33,265 nucleotides of DNA from an uncultured Candidatus Saccharibacteria bacterium (GTDB taxonomy: Bacteria > Patescibacteriota > Minisyncoccia > Phycocordibacterales > CAIZLB01). The notes under the pieces are model-generated. The model searched no databases and was not told the origin of the DNA. It saw nothing but the letters and a program-made list of their open reading frames with translations. The translations under genes were made by a program, and so were the position numbers. Positions 32,090 through 33,265 of the stretch are shown in pieces. Within the stretch, counting starts at the first letter, position 1, and every line of letters starts with the position of its first letter. The DNA lies in the NCBI GenBank assembly GCA_964443365.1, contig CAYUCM010000002.1:1-33265 (forward strand), in the 5' to 3' direction.

Positions 32090-33040
32090 ATGAACCCCAT
32101 ACAGGAAAAACTCCATATTATAAAGGCTAAATCAAGATTAAGCCAAGAAGATCTTGCAAGAGAGCTGGGTGTAACCCTCTCTGCTTTTAATGCTTGGTGG
32201 AATGGTAAATCAACCCCCAGAAATGGCGCCCTGCTTAAAATAGAGGATCTGTATGCTAAATATACAGGTTCTGGTAAGCCCAAAACATCAGAAATAGACA
32301 TTATTCTATCTCAAATAGATGATGCATATAGAAATTATGACAATATTCTTTCTCATATTTTAAACAGGCGAGATGTTTTGGAGAATTTGATTGTAAAACT
32401 CACCTATCACTCAGACGCAATTGAAGGTAGTACACTTACACAAGCGGAGACTAAGGCTATCATTTATGACAATAGCACCATTAAAAATAAGACTCTTATA
32501 GAGCAAATGGAGGCCAGAAATCACAAATCAGCCTTAATGTATTTATTCTCACATCTAGAATCAGGGGGTAAAATTAATGAAGAATTACTTAAAAAACTTC
32601 ATTCAATACTATTAAATGGAATTATGGATAATGCTGGGCAATATAGAAATCATCAAGTCAGAATAGCAGGAACAAACGTTGTAACAGCAAATTATATGAG
32701 TATTCCCAATCTGGTCAATAAATTGTTTTTAAACAGTGCGGCCCTCAAGGTAAACCCAGAAAGGAGTCCTGGCGAGGCCGAGAACATAATAGCCTTTGTT
32801 ACAAAATTTCACGCCAATTTTGAAAAAATCCACCCATTTTCAGACGGAAATGGTAGAGTTGGGAGGCTTTTAATTACAGCATTTCTGTTAAAAAACAATG
32901 TTGCACCAGCTATTATTGAAAAAGATTTAAAGCATTTGTATTACACATATCTAGAAAACGCCCAAGAGCATGAAAACTATGCTTTTTTAGAGCTTTTTAT
33001 TGCTGAGGCGATAATGAAGGGATATAAGGAGGTGAAATAG
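32090..33040 (+). CDS. Fic-domain protein with an N-terminal XRE-type HTH
   Basis: HPFSDGNGRVGRLL matches the canonical HxFx(D/E)GNGRxxR. The N-terminus LSQEDLARELGVTLSAFNAWWNGKSTP is an HTH. SDAIEG matches the [ST]xxxE[GN] inhibitory motif. Confidence 0.9.
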   Translation: MNPIQEKLHIIKAKSRLSQEDLARELGVTLSAFNAWWNGKSTPRNGALLKIEDLYAKYTGSGKPKTSEIDIILSQIDDAYRNYDNILSHILNRRDVLENLIVKLTYHSDAIEGSTLTQAETKAIIYDNSTIKNKTLIEQMEARNHKSALMYLFSHLESGGKINEELLKKLHSILLNGIMDNAGQYRNHQVRIAGTNVVTANYMSIPNLVNKLFLNSAALKVNPERSPGEAENIIAFVTKFHANFEKIHPFSDGNGRVGRLLITAFLLKNNVAPAIIEKDLKHLYYTYLENAQEHENYAFLELFIAEAIMKGYKEVK

Positions 33041-33088
33041 TAAAATACAATTATTGAACGATGATGCAAGGGTATTGATCTTACGATA

Positions 33089-33117
33089 TTGACATAATTC
33101 ATTTTGAAAAGTATAGT
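33089..33117 (+). promoter_or_regulatory. Near-consensus sigma70-type promoter
   Basis: TTGACA (33089-33094), 17 nt, TATAGT (33112-33117). Confidence 0.55.
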
Positions 33118-33161
33118 ACATCACAGAGATTGCAACTTTTTTGCGATCAAAAACCGACATT

Positions 33162-33187
33162 TCCAACCAAACAATCCAACCAAACAA
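33162..33187. repeat. Tandem 2 x 13-bp CA-rich repeat (TCCAACCAAACAA) in the leader downstream of that promoter
   Basis: Checked base by base: 33162-33174 equals 33175-33187. Confidence 0.85.
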
Positions 33188-33193
33188 CAGCAT

Positions 33194-33265
33194 ATGTTTA
33201 TTCAAATAAGCACTATCATTCCGGGTGATGAAATTCCAGCGGCAGAGCTCCCGACGGGATATAAA
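33194..33265 (+). CDS. Possible start of a gene running off the window end (MFIQISTIIPGDEIPAAELPTGYK...)
   Basis: An ATG at 33194 is followed by 24 open codons to the edge, about 75 nt downstream of the promoter above. It is too short to identify. Confidence 0.25.
   Translation, partial: MFIQISTIIPGDEIPAAELPTGYK

Noticed and set aside
32065-33205. Minus-strand ORFs at 32065-32301 and 32987-33205.
   Set aside because: Both are antisense to, or overlap, the well-supported fic gene and its flanks. Neither has any motif.
1-33265. tRNA, rRNA, CRISPR arrays or an alternative genetic code (UGA recoding, as in some CPR lineages).
   Set aside because: No cloverleaf-capable G+C-rich ~75-nt segments and no regularly spaced repeats were seen in the intergenic regions. 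All conserved genes (tuf, fusA, pgk, recJ, pilB) are full length under the standard code, so recoding need not be invoked.

Overview
This is an AT-rich bacterial window of about one-third G+C by eye. Most of it is housekeeping.

**Gene content, in order:**
- The 5' end of the S10 operon on the minus strand: rpsJ-rplC-rplD-rplW-rplB'.
- The str operon on the minus strand: rpsL-rpsG-fusA ... tuf.
- An orphan solute-binding protein, a TrmB-like regulator, an M50 protease and L28.
- A ComEC that is split into two genes by an opposite-strand superoxide dismutase.
- RNase HI, RecJ, a HIT protein, pgk and tpiA.
- A compact type IV pilus operon (pilB, pilC, three prepilins and a PilX-like beta-helix protein) preceded by an ABC exporter.
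- An HTH-Fic gene.

Shine-Dalgarno sequences are essentially absent, and several promoters sit in leaderless geometry. The pilus plus ComEC content and the Lys-rich tails on housekeeping proteins fit a small-genome Patescibacteria/CPR-like organism. That assignment is inference only.

**Main anomaly.** The fusA-tuf junction, normally tight, is a 4,882-bp accessory locus (3623-8504). It contains:
- A perfect 201-bp direct repeat of the fusA 3' end (4506-4706 = 8505-8705, offset 3,999 bp). It brackets a self-contained unit of terminator, promoter and a 1203-aa orphan protein whose C-terminus has protein-kinase-like motif order.
- An orphan but still translatable 60-codon EF-G fragment.
- Two more terminators.
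- A roughly 440-bp cassette at about 55% G+C, against about 18% G+C in the flank. It encodes a 97-aa two-TM membrane protein with its own promoter and perfect hairpin terminator.

No integrase, transposase or recombinase is present in the locus. I found no tRNA, rRNA, CRISPR array or IS element in the window.

All functional calls come from motifs read by eye in the supplied translations. No database search was possible.
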